A stretch of 64,000 nt of DNA from an uncultured Acidobacteriaceae bacterium (GTDB taxonomy: Bacteria > Acidobacteriota > Terriglobia > Terriglobales > Acidobacteriaceae), in the NCBI GenBank assembly GCA_963744125.1, contig CAVUSG010000011.1, positions 12,182 through 76,181 of the forward strand. The letters run 5' to 3'. Made by a program: the position numbers and the translations under genes. Each line of letters opens with the position of its first letter. Positions within the stretch are counted from its first letter, which is position 1. A model generated the notes under the pieces. It was not told where the DNA came from, made no database searches, and was given only the letters and a program-made list of their open reading frames with translations. Below, piece after piece: positions 1-7,976 of the stretch.

Positions 1-78
1 AAGTTGCACTGAGGCGGATCGTGAGCCTCGTTAGGGACCGCGTCCTGCGGTCGATGGGGGCCCAAGAGAGCCTGAGGT

Positions 79-619
79 TTAGTGGAATTGGTAGGCGACG
101 CCGATGGTCATGGCGATGGGAGTGAGTCCGCTCAGATATTTCCACTCCTGATATTCGAAGTCAAAGGCGCGGATGTTGATGCTTCGCGTCAGGTGGTAAT
201 CGAGACCGGCGCCCACAGCGTAGGCGAAGTGGTTCGTCTTGGTGTGCGGTGAGGTATCGAACTGGAGGTTGAGCTGACCGAATCCAAAGAGCAACTTTGC
301 GTAGGGCGCGAAGCGTTTTTTATTAATGACGTAACGGGGGCCGATCAGGTAAGAGTCCTCTCCGACGTCATCAGGAGCAATGATGCTGGCATAGTGAATG
401 TCGGCTTCGACACCGAGGTGCTGGGTGAAGTCAAAGGTTCCGTAAAAACTAGGGCCCTTGTCGTGGGCTTGGCCGTAGTCTGGAATGACCAACGTGACCC
501 TCCGCACCGAGTTGTAGAGTCCCGGCTCTTGATGCGGTTGGTGTTGCCTGCGCCAGGGCAGAAATTGAAAATCCAAAAAACAAGCAAGCGAAGCAGCTGA
601 TAAAGATTTGCCGTTTCAA
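79..619 (-). CDS. Outer-membrane beta-barrel protein (one frameshift near 500)
   Basis: GGAGG RBS then TTG at 619. The signal peptide (KRQIFISCFACLFFGFSISALA-Q) is in one frame; amphipathic strands ending MTIGVAYQFH (barrel C-terminal signature) are in the frame of ORF 79..576. Confidence 0.75.
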
Positions 620-731
620 CTTGTACCTCCTAAAATCCTGACCGTGAAGCAGTTCACCGAGTGAGCCCGGCAGCGTTAGTGGGGAGTGACGGGCAAAATA
701 AGAGCCCGCTGAGCTGTTAGTAGATCTGTTT

Positions 732-2591
732 TTACTGTGGCGTTGCGAGTGCCGGAGCAGGTTGGGTTGTCGCCGGCGCGGGGGTGGTGTCGGCCGAGGC
801 AGCGGGTGGCGCCGCAGCCGGTGCTGCAGCGGGCGGGGCCGCGGCGGGTTCCGCCGGTGGCTTGTAGTAGGAAAGCTTGAGATAGACGGGTTCGACCTCG
901 AACGGCATCTTGTCGGCGGGGGAGAGCAGAGGCTCAAAGGCCGAGTGCATCGGGATGACCTGGTCTGTCCAGGGATCGAAACGGAGGAAGCTGGCAAGTG
1001 GCATGGCTGCCTGCTGCTTGAGATTCTTCATGTCGAGCTTGGGACCCTTGGCCATCATAGCGGCAAGCCAGAAGGTGGGGTCGGTGTCGCTCTTGACGAG
1101 GCCGTCGCCAATCATCGGCTCGTTGAGGGCCTTGAGGGCCTTCACGCGCTCCTGAAGCTGCTGCAGGTATAGACCGAAGTACTGCTGGCCGTCGACGAGT
1201 TCCTTGGCGCTGAGCAGTTCCATGGCTTTTTTGGCGGCTGCGGCGTTGTCCGCATCCGTGTGGTGCATGGGGATACGGTTGAAGACGGAGTCGGTGGGGA
1301 AGAGCAGACGGTCGTTGAAGGCGTACTTGGTATCCAGACGATGCGCGAGGATGATATGCGCGAGCTGGAAGGCCAGGATAGCGTTGAGGTTGCCCATCTG
1401 CTGCGCGCCGTCCGATGTGACTACGGCGGTGGTGTCGAGCAGGCTCTTGGAGATGACGATGGTGTTGCCGATAGCGATGGACTCCAACGGCTCCGTGAGG
1501 AGCGTGCGGCAACGGATGGGCCGGGCGAGGGTGATGTTGTTATAGGCGAGGATATTGCCGGCGAGAGCTTCGAGCGTCTTGTCGAACTCGCTGGGAGCAT
1601 CGAGCAGGCCTGCCTGGAAGAGGCGCTCCAGTACGTTGTCCTCTGCCTGCTGGACCCAGGCGCGTTGCGCTCCGAGTGGGCTTACATCCTGCGCGTCGTT
1701 GCTGACGTCGGTGGCCCCGACGACATCGAGGTTCGTGTTGGCGGCTTCCGGTGGGGGAACCTTGAGGACGTAGCCCCAGACATGATTGATGGCCTTGAAC
1801 TTGAGGGTGCGGGAGACGCTCTTCGGATCGCTCTCTTCAACATAGAAGGAGGTGGGCAGCCACATATCCGGCTGCACATTGGTGCGCCAGCTATCGAAGT
1901 GATAGAACTCCTTGTGATCCTCCTCGCTACCGGAGAAATCCCCGTTGAAGCGGACTACGTTGCCGTTGCGAGTCTCAACCCAGATACGTCCGAAGAATCG
2001 TCCGAAGGAGCGTTTGCCGTCGATCGGAGTGACGTCAAAGACGGCGGTTGGGGTATTGCCCAGAAAGTCATTGCGGACGAAGCCGAAGGCGTAGTGCTGT
2101 TTATCGAAGCTGTTCGAGTCCATCAGCAGCATCTGGACGAAACCGGCTTCGTGGAAGGTGAGGTGAAGGCTGCCGCCCAATCCGCCGAGGAAGGAGGCGG
2201 AGTGTTTGAAGAAGCCACCTTTCGTGGTTCCCTTGGAGGTTGCGGGGTTGGTGGCGTAGGCGTCGTCGCCGATGATCTTGCTGAACTCGACGCGGCCGAG
2301 GAAGTGCTCATCCGATTCGGGGACCTGGCCGAGGATGGGATCGGGGCGCATGTTCTGGATGTAGGTCTCGACGAGCGGAGCCCTCTCCTTGACGGTCTTG
2401 ATAACTTCCTTCTCGCGCAGGACGGACTTATCGATAAGGGCACTTTGTCCAGGGGTCAGCTTGCGCGAGGGAAGTACGTCCTCCTTCGGCTTCTTCTTGC
2501 CAAGAAGCGGCATAGCTGCCGAGGCAGGGAGCGCGGTGGCGATGATGGCTGCCAGCAGCAGACCGGCGGTGGGGAGTTTCCGGAGAATCAT
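732..2591 (-). CDS. Secreted protein with C-terminal M48-peptidase-like domain (degenerate HExxH) and Pro/Ala tail
   Basis: 619-aa ORF with signal peptide; segment GNTIVISKSLL...LNAILAFQLAHIILAH matches the M48 pattern by eye. Confidence 0.6.
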   Translation of the reverse strand: MILRKLPTAGLLLAAIIATALPASAAMPLLGKKKPKEDVLPSRKLTPGQSALIDKSVLREKEVIKTVKERAPLVETYIQNMRPDPILGQVPESDEHFLGRVEFSKIIGDDAYATNPATSKGTTKGGFFKHSASFLGGLGGSLHLTFHEAGFVQMLLMDSNSFDKQHYAFGFVRNDFLGNTPTAVFDVTPIDGKRSFGRFFGRIWVETRNGNVVRFNGDFSGSEEDHKEFYHFDSWRTNVQPDMWLPTSFYVEESDPKSVSRTLKFKAINHVWGYVLKVPPPEAANTNLDVVGATDVSNDAQDVSPLGAQRAWVQQAEDNVLERLFQAGLLDAPSEFDKTLEALAGNILAYNNITLARPIRCRTLLTEPLESIAIGNTIVISKSLLDTTAVVTSDGAQQMGNLNAILAFQLAHIILAHRLDTKYAFNDRLLFPTDSVFNRIPMHHTDADNAAAAKKAMELLSAKELVDGQQYFGLYLQQLQERVKALKALNEPMIGDGLVKSDTDPTFWLAAMMAKGPKLDMKNLKQQAAMPLASFLRFDPWTDQVIPMHSAFEPLLSPADKMPFEVEPVYLKLSYYKPPAEPAAAPPAAAPAAAPPAASADTTPAPATTQPAPALATPQ

Positions 2592-2686
2592 GTTTTTAAG
2601 CTCCTACGATGACCATTCAGATCATGCTTGTTGCAAATTAATGCTAGTTCAGAAGAAGGTAACCGGGTAGTGGTAATACGGGAACC

Positions 2687-3763
2687 CTAGCCGGCTAACT
2701 GAAACGCTACGTTTACTACGCCATCCCAATCTATAGGATGCCCAGAGGCATCCAGGGCGGGCTGAAATCGTGTGCCCTGGACGGCGCGAATGGCGGATTC
2801 GCCGAGACCGTGTCCGAGGTCGCTGGTGACTCCGATGACCTGGACGGCGCCGGTGGCTGAGACGTGGATCTTGACCGACACGACACCCTCAATGTGAAGG
2901 CGGGTGGCTTCGGCGGTGTACTCGGGGCGGGGTTTGAAGATAACCTTTGGCGCGGACTGGACAGTGGCGGCTGCCGGGGCTGCGGGTTTCGGCATTGCCG
3001 GAGCGACGGTTTGGCCAAGATTGACGCCGGAGGCCTTGTTTGTCACGGGGCCAGTGCCGCCTGCTACGCCAAGCTTGACGCCTTGAACAGCGGGGGCGTT
3101 ATTCTTGCCGTTCATATTCTGGCTATCGCCCTGTCCGGAACCAAGCTTGACACTAGTCGCAGCGGGACCACTGCCGGTGTTGGCGGCGTTCATGTTGTGC
3201 ATGCCGCCACCCAGATTGACCGGGGTGGTGACGGCCGGAGTGTTAAGGGCCTTGACCTCAGGGTTGCCGAGACGGACGGCCGAAGGATGCACATCGTTGT
3301 TGGCGATCGAAGCGGGCATCGCGTGGGCCAGGTTGACGATCTGGGGGGCGGGCGGCGGTGTTACCAGTTTCGGCGGTGCGGGCGTAATGACCGGGGCCGG
3401 TGTGTTCATCTTGACTTCAGCAATCTTTGGGGGGTCCGGCAGCTTGACGACTTCCGGAAGCTTGATCTTGGGCGGCTCGACCTTGGCGATTGGCGGCGGT
3501 GGCGGGATCTTGGGAACGATCTTGGGCTTGATGGGCTCGGGCTCAGGCTTCTTAACGTCGAGGCTGATCGAGGTGAGCTTATTCTTCTGGATGGTGTGCT
3601 TGGCAGCAGCACCGATGATGATGACGCAAAGCGCGATGATGACGTTAAGGGTAATGGAGGTAAAGAGCGATGTCTTGCTCTGGCTGCCGTCGTTAAGAAC
3701 GCCGAAGTGTGTGAACTGCATGTTCCGCGGGGCTGGATCTTCACTGATAAGCGGCTTAGCCAT
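2687..3763 (-). CDS. tonB: TonB family energy transducer
   Basis: N-terminal TM helix, Pro/Lys-rich linker, C-terminal PEYTAEA..IEGVV...GLGESAIRAV..RFQPA TonB_C motif. Confidence 0.85.
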   Translation of the reverse strand: MAKPLISEDPAPRNMQFTHFGVLNDGSQSKTSLFTSITLNVIIALCVIIIGAAAKHTIQKNKLTSISLDVKKPEPEPIKPKIVPKIPPPPPIAKVEPPKIKLPEVVKLPDPPKIAEVKMNTPAPVITPAPPKLVTPPPAPQIVNLAHAMPASIANNDVHPSAVRLGNPEVKALNTPAVTTPVNLGGGMHNMNAANTGSGPAATSVKLGSGQGDSQNMNGKNNAPAVQGVKLGVAGGTGPVTNKASGVNLGQTVAPAMPKPAAPAAATVQSAPKVIFKPRPEYTAEATRLHIEGVVSVKIHVSATGAVQVIGVTSDLGHGLGESAIRAVQGTRFQPALDASGHPIDWDGVVNVAFQLAG

Positions 3764-3928
3764 GATCTTGATCCTTCGTTGTCCTCTAACCAGAGGGTGT
3801 GAATTTTACTGTTCGTTTCGCCGGTCACCTGAACGGTTAGTCGAAAGGTTGAACTCCGAGTGTCGATGCCAATCTTTCAAGTCAAACAGCGGAGACTCAG
3901 GTAGTAGAAACCCAAACTAAGTAAGACA

Positions 3929-3955
3929 GACGCTCAGGGTTACAAAAAAGGTTAC
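3929..3955 (-). promoter_or_regulatory. Candidate ECF-sigma promoter GTAACC-N17-CGTC upstream of tonB
   Basis: Motif read on the minus strand with canonical ECF AAC/CGT elements. Confidence 0.4.
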
Positions 3956-4097
3956 CTAGTGTGTCCTGCCTGAAAAGTTCTGTGTTTCCACAGGGTGAAT
4001 CCAGAGCGCTGCGATACTTGAGCTATGTTGCCGGAAGCATAAGTGATTGACACTCATACTTTGGTTGTAGGCAAGTGAGAGACGAGAGAGAGAACCT

Positions 4098-5066
4098 ATG
4101 AAGGTACTGATAACAGGGGGCGCGGGCTACATCGGAGGCACGGTTACAAGGCTCCTTTTGGAGGCTGGAAATGCTGTAACTGTGTACGACAATTTGTGTC
4201 ATAGCAAACGATCCGCGGTGGCTGCTGGTGCTGAATTTGTTGAGGGTGATGTTGGCGACGGGGAGTTTTTGCGACGGACGCTGAAGAGCGGCCGATTCGA
4301 TGGAGTCATGCACTTCGCGGCGCTGATAGAAGCTGGTGAAAGCATGCAGCGGCCCGAGATCTACTTCCGTAATAATACCGCTTCGACGCTGACTTTGCTG
4401 GAGTCGATGCTGGCCACGGGACATGATCGGCTGGTGTTCAGTTCGACGGCGGCGTGCTACGGCGAGCCGGAGTCGATACCGATCCTGGAAGACGCAAAAC
4501 TGCAGCCGACGAACCCTTATGGAGAGAGTAAGTTGCTGGTCGAGGAGATGCTGGTTTGGTTCAACCGCATACACAATTTGCGGTATGCGAGTTTGCGCTA
4601 CTTCAATGTTGCGGGGGCGATTAATGGGTACGGGGAGGCACATGAACCGGAGTCGCATCTGATCCCGCTGATCCTGGATGTGGCGATGGGACGGCGAGCG
4701 AGCATTAAGATCTTTGGCCACGACTATCCCACGAAAGATGGGACCTGCGTGCGGGACTACATCCATGTGCGCGATCTGGCGGATGCGCATCTGCTGGCGC
4801 TGGGCGCGCTGGAGGAGAAGAGCAGGTTGATCTACAACATCGGCAACGGGCAGGGGTTTACGGTGCTGGAGGTGATCGAGTCCGTGCGCCGCGTGACGGG
4901 GAAGACGATCGCCGTGGAGGAGTGTGCGCGGCGAGCGGGCGATCCGGCGGTGCTGGTGGCAAGTTCTGAGAAGATCAAGCGGGAGCTGGGATGGAAGCCG
5001 CAGTTCGCTGAGCTTGACGCTATAGTTGCAAGCGCGTGGGAGTGGCATCAGAGACGCTACGCATAA
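4098..5066 (+). CDS. galE: UDP-glucose 4-epimerase
   Basis: TGGAGYIG, HFAA, FSSTAA.YG, YGESK, LRYFN, DGTCVRDYIHV motifs. Confidence 0.95.
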   Translation: MKVLITGGAGYIGGTVTRLLLEAGNAVTVYDNLCHSKRSAVAAGAEFVEGDVGDGEFLRRTLKSGRFDGVMHFAALIEAGESMQRPEIYFRNNTASTLTLLESMLATGHDRLVFSSTAACYGEPESIPILEDAKLQPTNPYGESKLLVEEMLVWFNRIHNLRYASLRYFNVAGAINGYGEAHEPESHLIPLILDVAMGRRASIKIFGHDYPTKDGTCVRDYIHVRDLADAHLLALGALEEKSRLIYNIGNGQGFTVLEVIESVRRVTGKTIAVEECARRAGDPAVLVASSEKIKRELGWKPQFAELDAIVASAWEWHQRRYA

Positions 5067-5108
5067 CTCGATTGTTGGTAGTACGTGGAGGTTGAATTGA
5101 TCGAAAGC

Positions 5109-5675
5109 ATGTTCCATCTGCATCTGCCGGTGCTTGAGAAGCTGTTGCGTCCGGTGATTGTGTATCTCTTCCTGGTCCTTTTTCTGCGGCTGTTTGGGAA
5201 GCGGGAGCTGGCGCAGTTGAACCCGTTCGACCTGGTGGTTTTGCTGAGCCTCTCGAACACGGTTCAGAACGCGATGATCGGTGACGATAACTCGGTGACG
5301 GGCGGGATTATCGGAGCGTTCGCGCTGCTCGCGATCAACTGGGTGTTGACGCTAACCCTCTACCGCCTCCCCAGGGTGGACAAGATAGTTGAGGGGGCTG
5401 CGACGGTGCTGATACGGAATGGCGAGTTGGACAAAGCTGCGATGAGGCGCGAGGCACTCTCGGAACTGGAGTTGAAGTCCGTGTTGCATAAGCAGGGGCT
5501 GAACGAGTACTCCGAGGTGGAGAAGTGCGTTCTGGAGCCGAATGGGACGTTTTATGTGGAGGCGAGGGAGCCGAACTCCGACGATGTGGCGCGCGCAAAG
5601 ATTATGGAGGCTGTGCAGGCGTTGACTGCGGAGGTGCAGAGTTTGAAGGCGCAGTTGAAGGGGTCGCAGGCGTAG
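5109..5675 (+). CDS. DUF421/YetF family membrane protein
   Basis: LRLFGKRELAQLNPFDLVVLL...EG.ATVLIRNG...LEPNG pattern. Confidence 0.85.
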   Translation: MFHLHLPVLEKLLRPVIVYLFLVLFLRLFGKRELAQLNPFDLVVLLSLSNTVQNAMIGDDNSVTGGIIGAFALLAINWVLTLTLYRLPRVDKIVEGAATVLIRNGELDKAAMRREALSELELKSVLHKQGLNEYSEVEKCVLEPNGTFYVEAREPNSDDVARAKIMEAVQALTAEVQSLKAQLKGSQA

Positions 5676-5680
5676 CTGGT

Positions 5681-5878
5681 TCAGGCGCGATCGACTGGGG
5701 TGGAGCGGGCTTTGAGGACGGCTTTGCGGTAGGACTCGGGCGGGTTGGGGAGTTGGGAGTCGCGGATGGCGGCGCGGTAGCCTCCCCTGTAGATGGAGTA
5801 CATGACGGCGAGAGCGCAGCCCACTCCGAAGATGAAGCCCATGAGAAATCCGATGATGGCCGGCCAGTAGGGAGTCAC
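5681..5878 (-). CDS. Small single-TM hypothetical protein
   Basis: 65-aa ORF with hydrophobic N-terminus and basic tail; C-rich codon usage like other minus-strand genes. Confidence 0.55.
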   Translation of the reverse strand: MTPYWPAIIGFLMGFIFGVGCALAVMYSIYRGGYRAAIRDSQLPNPPESYRKAVLKARSTPVDRA

Positions 5879-5887
5879 GATGTGAGT

Positions 5888-6452
5888 TTACTAAGGGCGG
5901 TTGCTGGTTGTTGGTTGCTTGTTGTTGGTTGGGTTCTTCGCAGGCCTGGATTTGGGGTATGGTGGTGGGTTTTGGTTGGGTTAGTTCTTCGAGTAGTAGT
6001 GCGATGGAGCTTTTCTTTTCGTGGATCTCGGTTTGTGGGGCTAGGGTGCCTAGTTCTGGATCTGTGGTGAACTCCTGGACTAGTTCTTCGGCGTCTTCTT
6101 CGTGTTGGGGCTGTTTGGGTAGGTTTAGGCTGGCGATTTGGAGGCCGTAGAGGAGTAGGCCTGCTCTTCGGGGGTCCAGGTCGTTCGAGGCGATCTTTTG
6201 CAGGATGATGCCGATCGAGGCTTGGATGGCGGAGCGGTCTTCGGGTAGTGGGAGGTGGAACTCGTTGAGGCGGGCGGTGGTGCGACGGCGTTCTTTTTGG
6301 GTTTCGGGGGTGATGGGTTTGCGGGTGGTGTGGTGGAAGTAGCAGAAGTTCTCTGCGCGGAGGCTGGGGCTGGCGCAGCGGCGGCCGTCGGTGAAGATGT
6401 GGCGGCATTTGAAGCGCGGTTGCTGGTTGTTGGTTGTTGGTTGCTGGTTCAT
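5888..6452 (-). CDS. Hypothetical protein with CCCH zinc-finger-like N-terminus (3' end uncertain)
   Basis: CRHIFTDGRRCASPSLRAENFCYFH then EDRSAIQ...LDPRRAGLLLYGLQIAS. The ORF runs on to 5352, but beyond about 5890 it looks out of frame (TAG TAA in a neighbouring frame). Confidence 0.65.
5892..5931. repeat. Heptamer-type (GGTTGYT) tandem repeat, copy 1
   Basis: taagggcggttgctggttgttggttgcttgttgttggttg; related copies at 6416-6449 and 42651-42690. Confidence 0.85.
6416..6449. repeat. Heptamer-type tandem repeat, copy 2
   Basis: 6416-6436 is identical to 5897-5917. Confidence 0.85.
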
Positions 6453-6458
6453 GTGTTG

Positions 6459-6514
6459 CCCCCTCCCGGGCTGTTTTGCTCAAATTCTTCAAAAGATTGG
6501 GGTTAGGTTTGGAT
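6459..6514. repeat. Dispersed repeat TTTTGCKCAAATTCTTCRAAA-N8-TTA-N5-GGAY, copy 1
   Basis: Same motif with the same spacing at 22741 and 45994. Confidence 0.8.
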
Positions 6515-6540
6515 CCCCTTCTTTTGTTTGGGTTAAATGC

Positions 6541-6569
6541 GAAGGCCCGGCTGGGTAGCCGGGCCTGTC
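6541..6569. repeat. GC-rich hairpin (aggcccggct/agccgggcct)
   Basis: Perfect 10-bp stem; T-rich tract follows on the + strand. Confidence 0.6.
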
Positions 6570-6769
6570 TTGATTTCTTTGTTAGTTCTATTTTACCAAA
6601 TTGGGTAAAACTACTATGCCAATTATTTTTGACTTTTTTCTCCTTTGTTTTGATGGGGTTGGCTTGTTTTCCAGAGGCTTGGGGGCTTGACAGCTTTTTG
6701 TTGGGTTTTTTGGAGGTCGGGGGGCGTAAAGGGCTAAAAGCAAAGGCGATAGGTCGGGTCGTTTCGGCC

Positions 6770-6866
6770 TTTGGGCTGCACTCCGGCCCCTCGACGTTGC
6801 TCGAGGCAGAGCGGTGGCGCCTTTCGGCGCGGCTTTGTTCGCAGGGCTGAAGCCCTGCGCTTCCGG
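6770..6866. repeat. REP-like composite ending in GCAGGGCTGAAGCCCTGC palindrome
   Basis: Several short hairpins; the core resembles GGGCTCAAGCCC and GGGGCCTGAAGGCCCC at 23138-23191. Confidence 0.6.
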
Positions 6867-6974
6867 TCGGAGGGTATCGGCTTTTTGTTGGAGTTGGGGA
6901 CAGCGACGGCAGCTCGTTGGGTCGGATTTTGGTGGGCTGGGGAAGAAAGAGAGCATATCCCAAAAGGGGGGCTT

Positions 6975-7112
6975 TTAGGAGGGTGCTGAAAAAGTGGCCC
7001 TCCAGATAAAAAGCGTACCTCGGCGGCTAAAGCCGTGTTGCAATGATGGCTCTTACGGCACGGCTAAAAGCCGTGCCCTTAAGCAAAACAGGGTTTTTCA
7101 TCATCCTCTTAA
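6975..7112. mobile_element. MITE-like element with about 19-bp imperfect terminal inverted repeats
   Basis: Left end ttaggagggtgctgaaaaa vs reverse complement of right end ttaagaggatgatgaaaaa; internal palindromes CGGCTAAAGCCG and GGCACGGCTAAAAGCCGTGCC; no transposase. Confidence 0.6.
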
Positions 7113-7139
7113 GCCCGGGTTGTGGGAGGCCTTTGGAAT

Positions 7140-7225
7140 GCCCGGACTGAAGTCCGGGCCTATCTCAGAGGCAACGGCAAAGACAAAGATAAAGGCAACG
7201 AGCAAGAACAAGAGGCAAAGGCGGC
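7140..7225. repeat. REP-like palindrome GCCCGGACTGAAGTCCGGGC plus purine-rich hexamer tail
   Basis: 8-bp perfect stem with TGAA loop, followed by ggcaac/ggcaaa/gacaaa units. Confidence 0.6.
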
Positions 7226-7242
7226 GAGCGGAGAGTATTGGT

Positions 7243-7733
7243 TCCCCAACCATCGCCCGATCAGGCGGGCTCAGGATGGGGCACCCGGAGGTTTGGGGTG
7301 GGTGAAGGAGAACGGTCGTTTGCTTCCGCAAACGATACCCCACCCTATCCGACGATGTGACTGTCGGAAAGGGTGGGGCGCCAAGAAGGAAGTGAGTGAA
7401 GAAGAGAAGGATGAACTAAAAAAGATACGGCCACAATATCCGACGATAAGACTGTCGGAGAGGATGGGGCACCCGGTTTGGGGGTGGTCCATAGGTGATA
7501 CTTGGAGACCTGTGGCGCTTCACCCACCTTAGCGACGATGAAGCTGTCGCGAAGATGGGGCACCCGGTTTGGTGGGGGGAAGAGGAATGGGGGGATTGGT
7601 TGTTTGATTTCAAGTTGACTTCAAGGGAGTAACCCCACGTCAGACGTGAAACTGTCCGACATGGGGCACCCGGGTTGGCGGCGCTACACCCACCTTAGCG
7701 ACGATGAAGCTGTCGCGAAGATGGGGCACCCGG
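7243..7733. repeat. Array of six ~41-47-bp hairpin repeats ending TGGGGCACCCGG with unrelated spacers
   Basis: Tails start at 7275, 7372, 7463, 7554, 7660 and 7720; copies 7521-7567 and 7687-7733 are identical over 47 bp. Confidence 0.9.
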
Positions 7734-7898
7734 CTACTTGGGCGGGGTGGGGCTTGCGGTGGTGGGTGGGGTGGCTTTGGTGAAGATCTTCATGGCGTTC
7801 TGGACGGTGTAGTTGAGGCCCCAGGCGGTGGGGATGATGACGATGGCCCATGCGGCTGCGATTAGGAGGGGTGAGGATTTCTTTGCGGTGTCGGCCAT
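7734..7898 (-). CDS. 54-aa membrane peptide, putative small subunit of the OFA-type MFS transporter
   Basis: AGGAG RBS; MADTAKKSSPLLIAAAWAIVIIPTAWGLNYTVQNAMKIFTKATPPTTASPTPPK; directly downstream of the MFS gene; below the ORF-track cutoff. Confidence 0.75.
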   Translation of the reverse strand: MADTAKKSSPLLIAAAWAIVIIPTAWGLNYTVQNAMKIFTKATPPTTASPTPPK

Positions 7899-7932
7899 TT
7901 GATTCTCCTGAATGTTCTATTCGATGACTAAG

Positions 7933-7968
7933 AAAAGCAGGTCCCTCCGCTGCGCTGCAGGATGACAA
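7933..7968. repeat. REP-like element AAGCAGGTCC...AGGATGACAA, copy 1
   Basis: Similar element at 63602-63635. Confidence 0.65.
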
Positions 7969-7976
7969 TTTTATTT

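Noticed and set aside
1260-2612. Long antisense ORFs (also 19701..21134+, 37895..39829-, 62333..63685-, 10385..11626-)
   Set aside because: Shadow frames of well-supported genes in high-GC DNA; no recognisable motifs and biased amino-acid composition.
5352-5887. C-terminal extension of ORF 5352..6452
   Set aside because: It overlaps two better-supported genes and has Arg/Leu/His-rich out-of-frame composition.
5875-7613. ORFs spanning the repeat region (5875..6963-, 6994..7305+, 7122..7532+ and others)
   Set aside because: They are translations of stop-poor repeats, with no coherent coding signal.
7243-7733. Calling the repeat array a true CRISPR
   Set aside because: Repeats diverge strongly, spacing is uneven (60-106 bp), there are no cas genes in the window, and the same tail occurs as a lone copy at 23895-23906.
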